A stretch of DNA of 64,000 nucleotides. Source: an uncultured virus (IMG/VR IMGVR_UViG_3300020403_000008). Lineage: Duplodnaviria; Heunggongvirae; Uroviricota; Caudoviricetes; Crassvirales. Position numbers and translations under genes: made by a program. Location of the stretch: IMG/VR virus record IMGVR_UViG_3300020403_000008; one strand, written 5' to 3'. Numbering within the stretch: the stretch's first letter is position 1; each line of letters opens with the position of its first letter. Positions 26,752 through 36,400 of the stretch are shown piece after piece. The notes under the pieces are model-generated. The model was given only the letters and a program-made list of their open reading frames with translations. It did not search any database and was not told the DNA's origin.

Positions 26752-29196
26752 ATGGCAAGGTTATCTCAGTATCCAAAAGACACAACACCGCATAAGCAGG
26801 ACAGCTTTCTTACGCTAGATAGCACATCAGGAAACACTACAAGATTAGATATTCAAGATATTGCTGGTGTTTTAGCGGAAAGTGACCTTTTAGATACTTC
26901 AGATTCTGCCTTATTTGAATATCAGACACCAAACGACCTCAACTATACTACAAAACAAGACGGTCTTATAGTTTTAAATCCAGTAGGAACAAACGCTACA
27001 AGATTATTTAGCACAATAACACAAATTTATGTTTCTAAATCTGGATTTAACGGAAAAAACATTAGCACATACCTTTCAGACCTCAACGGCTATCAAATAA
27101 AAGTAAGTAAGCTAGGAGATTTAAATGTTTTTGGAATATTTGAAGTTACTAGCGCTACAGACTACACAGACCACTACATAAGATTAGCTGTAATTTATAG
27201 AGACAGAGGAAGTGGTTCTCTTGAATATGGAGAAAAATACTACATCAGTCACCATCAAACATCTTTTGACAATGACTTTAGTGATAATTCTGTTACTGAG
27301 TTTGGAGATGTATCTGACGCTGGTTCAGGTTATATTATAACTGATGGAGAAAGAGCTAGAGTAGGTGAGGTTACTTCTAAAATATTTTATTCTGATATTG
27401 TAGATAATTTAACATCTAATATTGCAAACAAGCCTCTTTCAGCAAATCAAGGTCTTATATTAAAACAATTTATAGATAATATCAACACTCTTCTGACATC
27501 AGATAATGTGGACCTAAATTCACTACAAGAGGTTGTTGATTTTATTGAGGCTAATAAACAAATATTAGATACCTTAACTATTAGTAATATTGCTGGATTG
27601 CAAACTGCTTTAGATAGTAAAGTAGATAAGGTTGCTGGAAAACAACTGTCAGAAAATGATTTTACAAGTCAACTGCTCGTAAAATTAAACGGAATAGCGA
27701 CAGGGGCGGAAGTTAATGTTCAAGCTAATTATACCGAAACTGACCCAGCTAATGATAGTTTTATACTTAACAAACCTACAGATGTTACAGACCTTTCTAT
27801 TCATTCTGTTACAGAGTTAAACGATATATCATCAACAGGCTCTGGTGCAATTATAACAGATGGGGAAAGAAATTCTATAAACGGGTTAGTTGATACAACT
27901 AGCTCAAGTACAACTGTACAGACTAATGATTTATTAAAGATAGGAACTATTGCTGAGTTTGTAAGCTCACAACCAACAGAGCCATCTATTAATAACGGTA
28001 TATATTATACAACTGAAGATGGTCATGATGTTTTACAATTTAAAAATCATGGTCACAGAATAAGCATGGATTCTATTGTGAGCAATCTTTCTTCAGGTCT
28101 TTTATCTGGAGGAGGCATATCTAGCTCAAGCTCTACAGAATTTACTGTTGCAGCAGGTCATGGTGTAATTCTTGACATGAATAAAGAACAAGCATCAGTA
28201 GACCCACATCCTGAGCTTATCAATATAGCTTGGTCGCAATACACGGCGACTGTAAGTGGATTAGACTCGAATGATTCAAATGACAAACAAACTTGGATTT
28301 ATGTCGACTCTACTGGTACAGTGCAACAACAAAACACACCGTTTACTGACGCACAATATAACAACACTATTCCTTTAGGTGCGGTAATTCACAGAGCTGG
28401 TAATGTTAGATTTGGAAAATCTTTTCCAAGAACAGCTTACGGTCAACAAAATCAATTTGCAGAATTTGCAAGAATATTTGGTCCTCTTAAAAAGAGTGGT
28501 CATGAATTGTCTGGAGTTTCAGGCACACTACAATTAGCAAGAAGTCAAGGTGTTTCTTTTGCATTCGGAAGAAACTATGCGACAGACCCAAACAATCCAT
28601 CTTTTGTTACAGACGCTGGACAAACACCAGCTACAATTCACAGGTATTATCAAGACGGTTCAGGTGGTTTTATAAAAGACACGAACGGTGGCTCAGGTTA
28701 TACTACTTTAGATGTAGATAACTATGATGATGGTTCTGGAACACTTGCTACATTAGGTAACAATAAATTTTCAACACAAAGAGTTTATTACTTCCCAAAC
28801 AATCCTACAAGCATTATTGTTTATTACGGAAGACAAGAATTTGATACATTAGATGCTGCTAACACAAACATACAAGCAGAACCGTTTACAGAAGCAAAAA
28901 ACACGGCAAATCAAGCTATATTTTTAGGATATGTAATTGCGGAAAAAGGAGCTACAGATTTAACTAGCACAACAAACGTTAGAATACTTAATGCTGGTAT
29001 TTTTAGAAGTGTAGCCTTCAGTTCTACAGGAGCAGCAGCTTCTGCGGCGAATTTAGCAGATTTGGCAGACACAACGATACAGGCACCTGCTAATGGACAA
29101 TTATTAGAATACAGTTCAACAACACAAACTTGGAATAACATAACACCAAACTTTAATCAAAATGCTATGGCAATGGCTGTGGCGTTAGGGGGATAA
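26752..29196 (+). CDS. tail fibre / virion structural protein
   Basis: IVDNLTS..PLSANQG, KVDKVAGKQLSENDFT, LADLADT..NGQLLEY..W.N fibre motifs; ends AMAVALGG. Confidence 0.75.
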   Translation: MARLSQYPKDTTPHKQDSFLTLDSTSGNTTRLDIQDIAGVLAESDLLDTSDSALFEYQTPNDLNYTTKQDGLIVLNPVGTNATRLFSTITQIYVSKSGFNGKNISTYLSDLNGYQIKVSKLGDLNVFGIFEVTSATDYTDHYIRLAVIYRDRGSGSLEYGEKYYISHHQTSFDNDFSDNSVTEFGDVSDAGSGYIITDGERARVGEVTSKIFYSDIVDNLTSNIANKPLSANQGLILKQFIDNINTLLTSDNVDLNSLQEVVDFIEANKQILDTLTISNIAGLQTALDSKVDKVAGKQLSENDFTSQLLVKLNGIATGAEVNVQANYTETDPANDSFILNKPTDVTDLSIHSVTELNDISSTGSGAIITDGERNSINGLVDTTSSSTTVQTNDLLKIGTIAEFVSSQPTEPSINNGIYYTTEDGHDVLQFKNHGHRISMDSIVSNLSSGLLSGGGISSSSSTEFTVAAGHGVILDMNKEQASVDPHPELINIAWSQYTATVSGLDSNDSNDKQTWIYVDSTGTVQQQNTPFTDAQYNNTIPLGAVIHRAGNVRFGKSFPRTAYGQQNQFAEFARIFGPLKKSGHELSGVSGTLQLARSQGVSFAFGRNYATDPNNPSFVTDAGQTPATIHRYYQDGSGGFIKDTNGGSGYTTLDVDNYDDGSGTLATLGNNKFSTQRVYYFPNNPTSIIVYYGRQEFDTLDAANTNIQAEPFTEAKNTANQAIFLGYVIAEKGATDLTSTTNVRILNAGIFRSVAFSSTGAAASAANLADLADTTIQAPANGQLLEYSSTTQTWNNITPNFNQNAMAMAVALGG

Positions 29197-29212
29197 ATAA
29201 AAACAATAAAAA

Positions 29213-32200
29213 ATGGCAAAGACGCTCTTACATTCATCGAAATATACTGTTGATAAATCAACAAACTCTATACAGTATAAAGGTAACATTGGGTTAGAAA
29301 GAATACTTCTTATAACAAACGTTACCGCAAATAAAGTTGTATATCAATTTAATGACCCTGCGCTAGGTGGGGAAGTTTTCTATCTAAATCAAGATGACGA
29401 AAGCACCTTACAACTAACTAAAGATTTAAGCACAGATGTTGACATCACCAATAACGATGTTTACCAATTTTTCTACGATGCTAATGAAGTTCATTTCTCC
29501 CCCGATGAGAGCTTATTAGACCCAGTAAGTAAGTTAAGAGTGTCAAACCCTGAAAACTTAGTTGATACAGATTTTGAATATGGATTGCAGTCAACTAAAT
29601 GGGAAACTATTCAAACTGTAAATAATATCCCAACTGTTTATTCTAGCTCAGGTGATTCTCCGCTAGAAGGTGTTTTATCCGTAGAAGCTATTGATGGCTC
29701 AAAACAAGTTAAAGTTGAATGTAACACTCCTCACAACCTAAATATTGGAGACCCTGTTTCAGTACAAGGTGTTATTGATTATCAAGCAGAAGGTTATTTT
29801 GTTGTATCAGGAGTTGCTGATGCCTTAACATTTTTCTTTGAAATAGATGTTGTTGCGTCAACTACAGGTGATATATCTGGCTCATATACTTCTATTGTTC
29901 CAGCTAAATTTTTTGAAGGTGCTCCTTTAAACATAAACACATCTTCTGGGGCAAAAACAGATGAAAAGTCTCCCAGTAAAATAGAGGTCACAACAGATGC
30001 TACACATGGATTTACTGCGGGAACAAAGTTGTATTTGAGAAATACAATAGGACCAAAAAAATTAGTTATAACTGACCCAACCGCAACAGCTCCTGACGGG
30101 AGACCTTTTGTGGATACAGATGCGTTTTTCACAATAGACAATGTAATAGACTCTACCGTTAGCTCGGGTAGACCTAGTTTTCAAGAAAAACCAGTTATTG
30201 CTTATGACTGGGAAAGTACACACACTACATATTTAGAAACTGCTGCTGTAGACGCTGCAAACAACAGAATTACTTGGACAGGGCATCAAATGCAAAGTAA
30301 ATATTGTGTTCTATTTAACACGCCTAGATATGGAGATTCTAATTTAAATACTGTAGATGGTACAATTTTCTTTGTGAAAAGAATTGACGATGATACAATA
30401 GAGTTATATAATGATGAAGCTTTAACATCACAACATACTTTTTCAACTTACACTACAGATTATGGAAAATGTAAGTTAGGATTAGTTTACTTAATCACTA
30501 GGGTTGATGGATATTATACTTTTGATGCTTACACAAGATATTATACAGAGTCAATATTTACGGCAACTACACCATATCTACAAACTCCTTTAAGATACTA
30601 CGGAGCATACTATGATTATTTAAGAGTAGATGACCAGTTAGGTTTTGTACCTGACGAGCTAAATGTATTTAATATACAGTTATATGGACAAGGTATTTAT
30701 TATTACTATTATTATGTTTATCTAAGATTTGATAACGGAAATGCTTATAATGCATTGTATTATAGATGGTCAAGCAACTACTCTTGGGTTAGTGCAGGTG
30801 TTCCAAATCAAACATTAAGAGCTGCTAATGGTGAAATTTATACTGATGGTACAGGTCATTACATTAGATTGTATCACTATTTAGGAAGTGGTTACGGGTA
30901 TCACTACGTAAGAATGCAAGCTACAGGAACATCACAAACAAATCCTGGTAACGAATTTTCTGGTTCAGATTTAATAAGCCAAACTTATGGTCTTGGAACA
31001 ACGGAGCCAGACTTAATATTTGTGGCAAACACGCAGACACCTGACTTGAGCCAGTATCCTAGCTATCCTTACCAAGGTGACGGTATTGCTGACTCTTACG
31101 ACCAAAACTATTCAAGGTTTGCGACTATACACAATAGGAACACAGCCTTCATGCCATCATCCTCATATTATCAACCACAGCAAAATGGTGCGTTTCAGGT
31201 TGAGTCTTACAGCTTCGGAATGGGTGGAGGATACAATAATGAGTCAACTCCACAAGTGTTTTACGGTTTTGGTAGAAATTTAACGAGTGACAAAAACACT
31301 TTCTACAAATCAAGTCACGGGATTCCAAATCAACAAGAGGCGACAGTTACTGTGCAAAACTATGACTCAGTTACACAAACATTTAAAGTTCAAGATTATA
31401 GCGAGCAAATTGTTATGCCGCAGCAATTTGATGTGCAGATAAATGTAGTGAATGATAACGTCTTTAGAATGGAGCTGCTTAACTTTCAGCACCCTCAGTA
31501 TGGATACACTGTTATTACAGATGATTACATTACTTTCCCAGATGACTTTACTGTTACGTATAGAAAAGATAATGAACTATACAACACTGTATATATAAAC
31601 AATCACAAAATTACATCCACTTCAGAAGCGACATATTTAACTGAAGGTATGAATGAAGCCAATCCAGAAATTTATACTGTTACAGAAGAAACGGGAACAT
31701 GGGGAATGTCTGGTACAAGGTTAGGGCGTGACGAAACAAACCCTGATTTAATTTTATATAGAGGAGAAACATATAACTTTAATATAGATGCAGCAGCTAC
31801 TGATAACTTTTATCTAACAACAGCTGACCCATCAGTAACGTGGTCAAGCGGCGGATATGATAGTGAATATACAACTGGAGTTACAGGAAGTCGTGCTACT
31901 GGAAGTGGCACCTTGGCTATAACTGTAGACGCTACTGCACCTAATACTCTTTACTATGCCTCTGGTAGTGTACAAGCAAGAGCAGGAAGTATAACTGTAA
32001 GAGATGTAGGTACACCAATAGGAGGTACTACAAACGCTACTGATTATAACTTGAATAGAGTAAATGACTCTAGACTTTCTTTGCAAGAGACATCTAACAC
32101 GGTTGCTTCTGCAACAACAGCAGATTTCGGAGCAACGAACTCTAATCCTGGAACCACATCAATAAACGCATGGACACCACTAGGTATAACTCCTACAAAC

Positions 32201-35044
32201 GTTACTATAACAGGCGTTGAGTATAGAGGGGATTTTTCTTCAAGGAACGAATATGTAGTTATTACGTTTGACGATGGAGACTCATACTTTATTGGACAGC
32301 AAAACGGACAGGACACTTCTAACTGGAGAGAAGAGCAGTTCTTCGGAACTAAAAACATAACAGCTCTTGTAGATGGTTCAGGTAATTTTAATGTTGCTTA
32401 TGCGCCTACGTCTCAAATAAACTTTGCTCCGTCAGGAATGAGTAATTATTGGGAAATAAGGTTTATCGTTACTGGAGGTACTGGAGTAGTTACCTTGTCT
32501 TCTGGAGGAACTGGAGAACAGGTTTTAAATGTTGCTAGTTTAAAAGGAGCTTATGATGGAGTTTTCGAAATGGTAGAAACTTCTGCACAAAACACTTTTA
32601 AAGTACAGACTGACTTTGAAATACCAGCTAGAGAGTATGAATTTACTAACTCAGATTGTGATTTCTCAAATCACACAATAACCTTTACAGACCCTCACAA
32701 TTTTGTTACAGGGGAGCAGTTAATATATGATAACGGTGGTAATGGAGATATGATTTCTTATGACACATCTAACAACAACGTTACTGTATATGCTGTTGTA
32801 ATAGACGCTACTGTTATAAAAATATCAACAAGTGAATTAGGTGCGGTAGACGGAGTTAGCACTACGCTAATAACGCAGGCAGGAACTCATAAGCTAATAT
32901 CTACAAGTGTTATGAAAGGTGTTCCAGGACCTGGAACTGTAACAGTGCAACAAGGTAAAAAAGAAGTTGTTGGAAGTGGTACTAACTTTTTAACTCAATT
33001 TAAGAAGTTTGACAAAGTATTTATAACACAATCAGACTACACTAAACTTTACACTGTAGATAAAGTTACAGAAAACGAAAAACTATTTGTCTTTGAAGAC
33101 TTTACAGCAAGTGGCACTGCTACTTCTTATTTCTTTATAACAGAAATGGTTTTAAGACCTGATGGATATGGATTGCATTTACCTTTCGATGGTGGTGTAA
33201 ATATAACAGCAGGAACATCTCCTGATAGTAAAATTGTAAGACAGTCAAGAAAGTATTTCCGTTATCAATCTGGTAAGGGTATACAAAACTCTTTTGCTAT
33301 AAACTTTAATCCTCCTAAAATTGTAAGGGACTTAATAAAATCAACAGGAACTACTGCTGCAATTAATACACAAGAAGCTCACAACCTAAGAGTTGGTGAT
33401 ACAATAGTTATTGAGGGTGCTGAAGTTTCTATAGGAACTAACACTTTTAACGGGGAGTTCCAAGTTGCACAAGTCAACAGTCCGTTCCAGTTTACATATA
33501 CTATGTTGGATACTCCAACTCAAGCAAAAGCAGCTGGGTTCCCAACTTATCACAGGAAAAACTGGACAGACTCTTATATAAGAGCAGGAATGTTTGATGA
33601 CCAAAATGGATTTTTCTATGAGTATGATGGTCAGGCGTTATATGCTGTAAGGCGTTCTTCCACAAAACAAATTGCTGGAACCGTTAATGTTAAAAGACAA
33701 TCACAAATTGTTACAGGAAACGATACTTCATTTGTAACACAACTAGAGGTAGGCAACTACGTTGTTATTAGAGGGCAGAGTTATAGAATTGTAGCGATAA
33801 ATTCTGATGCAAACTTTACTATACAGCCAGCTTATAGAGGTGTAGATGCTACTAGAGTAAAAACTACAGTAACAATAGACACGAGAGTTCCTCAAAGTGA
33901 ATGGAACATTGACAAATGTGACGGAACAGGGCTGCATGGTTATTACCTAGACATCAACAGAATACAAATGGCATACGCTGACTACTCTTGGTATGGTGCT
34001 GGTAAAATACGTTTCGGATTTAAAGACCAGAATGGACACGTAAAATATGTACACGAGTTTAAACATAACAATATTCTTAACGAATCTTATTTCCGTTCAG
34101 GTAACTTACCAGGTAGGTATGAAATTTTAAATGGTTCAAACGCATCAACTGCACCTACTTTGTTCCACTTTGGTACATCAATCATCATGGACGGTACGTT
34201 CGATAATGACAAAGCATATTTATTTACGGCTAACTCTAAACCGTTTGCATTTACAAATGGACAGAGTTTTACATTCCAATCAACAGACCAATCTTCATTC
34301 CAGCAAATAACTTTAAATGGAAATAGAGTTTGGGTGTATGCGTTCGAGTGTAGTCAGTCTAATGCAGAAACTGTTTCCACTGGACTTTTAGTTACTGAAA
34401 GCACTAATCTGCCTTCTGACACTTATGTAACTCAGGTACAAATTGCTGGAGCAAATTCTAAGATATTCACATCATATCCAGCAACCTCAACACTGCCTCC
34501 AACAAGTATATATCCGACCATAGCGTCTTCGACTACATTTACTTTTGGTGAAACAGACGGTGTTGATTTAACTAGACCAATTCCATTAATATCTGTCAGA
34601 CTTGCGCCATCTGTAGATTCATCACTTACAGGTGTTGTTGGAGAAAGAGAAATTATTAATAGAATGCAGCTTCAATTAAAACAAGCTGGTGTAACTGCGA
34701 ATCAAGATATAGAAGTGTTCTTAATCTTGAATCCTCAACCTTCTAACATGGACTTTTCTAAAGTAGCATCTCCATCGTTGTCAGAGCTTATTGAGCATGA
34801 CTCAGGAGATACGCTTGAGGGAGGTACTGTAGTATATGCGTTGAAAGTTTCTACTGGTTCAACTGAGATTGATTTAAGTGAGCTGCTAGAACTAGGAAAT
34901 TCAATCCTTGGTGGAGACAGTATATTCCCAGCAGGTCCAGACTTGTTGACTGTTGCTGTTCAGCCACAAAACTCTTCGGGTATTGACCAAAATACACCGT
35001 TTAGAGTTTCAGGAAAAGTTTCCTGGTCTGAATCACAAGCTTAA
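29213..35044 (+). CDS. very large virion structural protein (1943 aa)
   Basis: KLRVSNPENLVDTDFEYGLQ.TKWE, repeated H.L.GD.I modules, RQSRKYFRYQSGKG, YSWYGAGKIRFG. Confidence 0.75.
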   Translation: MAKTLLHSSKYTVDKSTNSIQYKGNIGLERILLITNVTANKVVYQFNDPALGGEVFYLNQDDESTLQLTKDLSTDVDITNNDVYQFFYDANEVHFSPDESLLDPVSKLRVSNPENLVDTDFEYGLQSTKWETIQTVNNIPTVYSSSGDSPLEGVLSVEAIDGSKQVKVECNTPHNLNIGDPVSVQGVIDYQAEGYFVVSGVADALTFFFEIDVVASTTGDISGSYTSIVPAKFFEGAPLNINTSSGAKTDEKSPSKIEVTTDATHGFTAGTKLYLRNTIGPKKLVITDPTATAPDGRPFVDTDAFFTIDNVIDSTVSSGRPSFQEKPVIAYDWESTHTTYLETAAVDAANNRITWTGHQMQSKYCVLFNTPRYGDSNLNTVDGTIFFVKRIDDDTIELYNDEALTSQHTFSTYTTDYGKCKLGLVYLITRVDGYYTFDAYTRYYTESIFTATTPYLQTPLRYYGAYYDYLRVDDQLGFVPDELNVFNIQLYGQGIYYYYYYVYLRFDNGNAYNALYYRWSSNYSWVSAGVPNQTLRAANGEIYTDGTGHYIRLYHYLGSGYGYHYVRMQATGTSQTNPGNEFSGSDLISQTYGLGTTEPDLIFVANTQTPDLSQYPSYPYQGDGIADSYDQNYSRFATIHNRNTAFMPSSSYYQPQQNGAFQVESYSFGMGGGYNNESTPQVFYGFGRNLTSDKNTFYKSSHGIPNQQEATVTVQNYDSVTQTFKVQDYSEQIVMPQQFDVQINVVNDNVFRMELLNFQHPQYGYTVITDDYITFPDDFTVTYRKDNELYNTVYINNHKITSTSEATYLTEGMNEANPEIYTVTEETGTWGMSGTRLGRDETNPDLILYRGETYNFNIDAAATDNFYLTTADPSVTWSSGGYDSEYTTGVTGSRATGSGTLAITVDATAPNTLYYASGSVQARAGSITVRDVGTPIGGTTNATDYNLNRVNDSRLSLQETSNTVASATTADFGATNSNPGTTSINAWTPLGITPTNVTITGVEYRGDFSSRNEYVVITFDDGDSYFIGQQNGQDTSNWREEQFFGTKNITALVDGSGNFNVAYAPTSQINFAPSGMSNYWEIRFIVTGGTGVVTLSSGGTGEQVLNVASLKGAYDGVFEMVETSAQNTFKVQTDFEIPAREYEFTNSDCDFSNHTITFTDPHNFVTGEQLIYDNGGNGDMISYDTSNNNVTVYAVVIDATVIKISTSELGAVDGVSTTLITQAGTHKLISTSVMKGVPGPGTVTVQQGKKEVVGSGTNFLTQFKKFDKVFITQSDYTKLYTVDKVTENEKLFVFEDFTASGTATSYFFITEMVLRPDGYGLHLPFDGGVNITAGTSPDSKIVRQSRKYFRYQSGKGIQNSFAINFNPPKIVRDLIKSTGTTAAINTQEAHNLRVGDTIVIEGAEVSIGTNTFNGEFQVAQVNSPFQFTYTMLDTPTQAKAAGFPTYHRKNWTDSYIRAGMFDDQNGFFYEYDGQALYAVRRSSTKQIAGTVNVKRQSQIVTGNDTSFVTQLEVGNYVVIRGQSYRIVAINSDANFTIQPAYRGVDATRVKTTVTIDTRVPQSEWNIDKCDGTGLHGYYLDINRIQMAYADYSWYGAGKIRFGFKDQNGHVKYVHEFKHNNILNESYFRSGNLPGRYEILNGSNASTAPTLFHFGTSIIMDGTFDNDKAYLFTANSKPFAFTNGQSFTFQSTDQSSFQQITLNGNRVWVYAFECSQSNAETVSTGLLVTESTNLPSDTYVTQVQIAGANSKIFTSYPATSTLPPTSIYPTIASSTTFTFGETDGVDLTRPIPLISVRLAPSVDSSLTGVVGEREIINRMQLQLKQAGVTANQDIEVFLILNPQPSNMDFSKVASPSLSELIEHDSGDTLEGGTVVYALKVSTGSTEIDLSELLELGNSILGGDSIFPAGPDLLTVAVQPQNSSGIDQNTPFRVSGKVSWSESQA

Positions 35045-35045
35045 T

Positions 35046-35267
35046 ATGAATTTAATAAGGAAGATAGCTGTTGGTCCCGACTATAAAAACGCAATGCATT
35101 ATGAGGTCGGGCAAAACGTTATAAAAGGTAAATATAAAATACACTCTATAGAAGAGCAAAGCGAAGGTTATATTGTACGTATAGTGCAGGATAATGTTGT
35201 TGTTGACTGGAAAAAAGTTAACTTGCAGATGCCAGTACATATAGAGTACAATATAATATATGATTAA
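35046..35267 (+). CDS. conserved small protein upstream of the packaging module
   Basis: MNLIRKIAVGPDYKNAMHYEVGQ. Confidence 0.7.
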   Translation: MNLIRKIAVGPDYKNAMHYEVGQNVIKGKYKIHSIEEQSEGYIVRIVQDNVVVDWKKVNLQMPVHIEYNIIYD

Positions 35268-35805
35268 GTCTATAAAACATTATATAGTAGAGCCAATCGG
35301 CGGAGAGTACGTTAATGAAAAAGACGGCATAATTGTTAATGCTGGTATTGAAAATCATAAATATGTAAATAGACTAGGTAAAGTTATTAGTAAACCAGAA
35401 TTTGATAAAAGTGATTTGATGGTGGGCGATACATGTGTTGTCCACCATAATTGTTTTAGAACTTATTATGGAATGAAGGGTGAAGAAAAAAAATCTTCTG
35501 AATATTTTAGAGAAAACACCTACCTGATACCTTTAGAAAAAATTTATCTTTATAAGAGAAATGAAAATTGGAAACCGATACATGATTATTGTTTTGTCAA
35601 ACCTGTTGATTTTGTGCAAGACAATGACATATATGTTCCAAAAAAAGAAGAAGAACATGTGGGAATTGTAGTATATAGCAATTCTAATGAATTTAAAAAA
35701 GGAGATAAAGTTGGATTTAAAAAAAATAGAGAATACGAATTTGAAATAAATGACGAAAAACTCTACAGAATGAAAAATAAAGATATTGTAATAAAATTTA
35801 ATTGA
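35260..35805 (+). CDS. GroES-like (double-domain) protein
   Basis: Two GroES-type segments (GKVISKP..VGD.CVVHHN; GIVVY..KGDKVGF..EF..EKLYRM). Confidence 0.55.
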   Translation: MIKSIKHYIVEPIGGEYVNEKDGIIVNAGIENHKYVNRLGKVISKPEFDKSDLMVGDTCVVHHNCFRTYYGMKGEEKKSSEYFRENTYLIPLEKIYLYKRNENWKPIHDYCFVKPVDFVQDNDIYVPKKEEEHVGIVVYSNSNEFKKGDKVGFKKNREYEFEINDEKLYRMKNKDIVIKFN

Positions 35806-35806
35806 G

Positions 35807-36034
35807 ATGGCAAAAGAAGCTGTAAGCATTAAGTCAAATGGACTTAGAAATGAATTGAAGGAAATACGTAAAAGTATTGACAAACTTACTAACGCTATTA
35901 TAGCACAAACAAACAAACCCGATGAAAGGAATTATTATCCAAGCTTTCATCCTCTTGACGATGGGAGGATGTGGCGTACAAATACGACATGCGAGTGCTG
36001 CTCAGACGAAGACGATGAACACAGAGAAGTTTAA
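35807..36034 (+). CDS. hypothetical protein
   Basis: Packed ORF. Confidence 0.5.
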   Translation: MAKEAVSIKSNGLRNELKEIRKSIDKLTNAIIAQTNKPDERNYYPSFHPLDDGRMWRTNTTCECCSDEDDEHREV

Positions 36035-36094
36035 AGAACTTACAAAAGATGTAGATAGAAATAATCCACATGAAGTTAAGTTAGCACAAGCATT

Positions 36095-36400
36095 ATGGAC
36101 AGAAATGAGAAAGAAGCAATCGAAGACAAAATTAGAAGAGTAATTTCAGCTGGTGAAAAAGCTGTAGACGAACTAATTAAGGTTGCTGAAGAAAAAATAA
36201 TAACAGGAGATAAAGATGATGATTTAGCGGCAGACAGATTAAAAAATGCAGCTGCCACTAAAAGATTAGCTATAGAGGATGCTTTTGTTATATTGAATCG
36301 TATAGAAAACGAAAGAGAAAAGCTAGATGGCGAAGAAAAAGACGACAAAAAAGATAAAGGATTCCAAAGTTTTGCAGAGTCAAGAGGAAGGAAATCTTAA
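36095..36400 (+). CDS. putative terminase small subunit
   Basis: Helical protein (DRLKNAAATKRLAI) directly before terL. Confidence 0.55.
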   Translation: MDRNEKEAIEDKIRRVISAGEKAVDELIKVAEEKIITGDKDDDLAADRLKNAAATKRLAIEDAFVILNRIENEREKLDGEEKDDKKDKGFQSFAESRGRKS

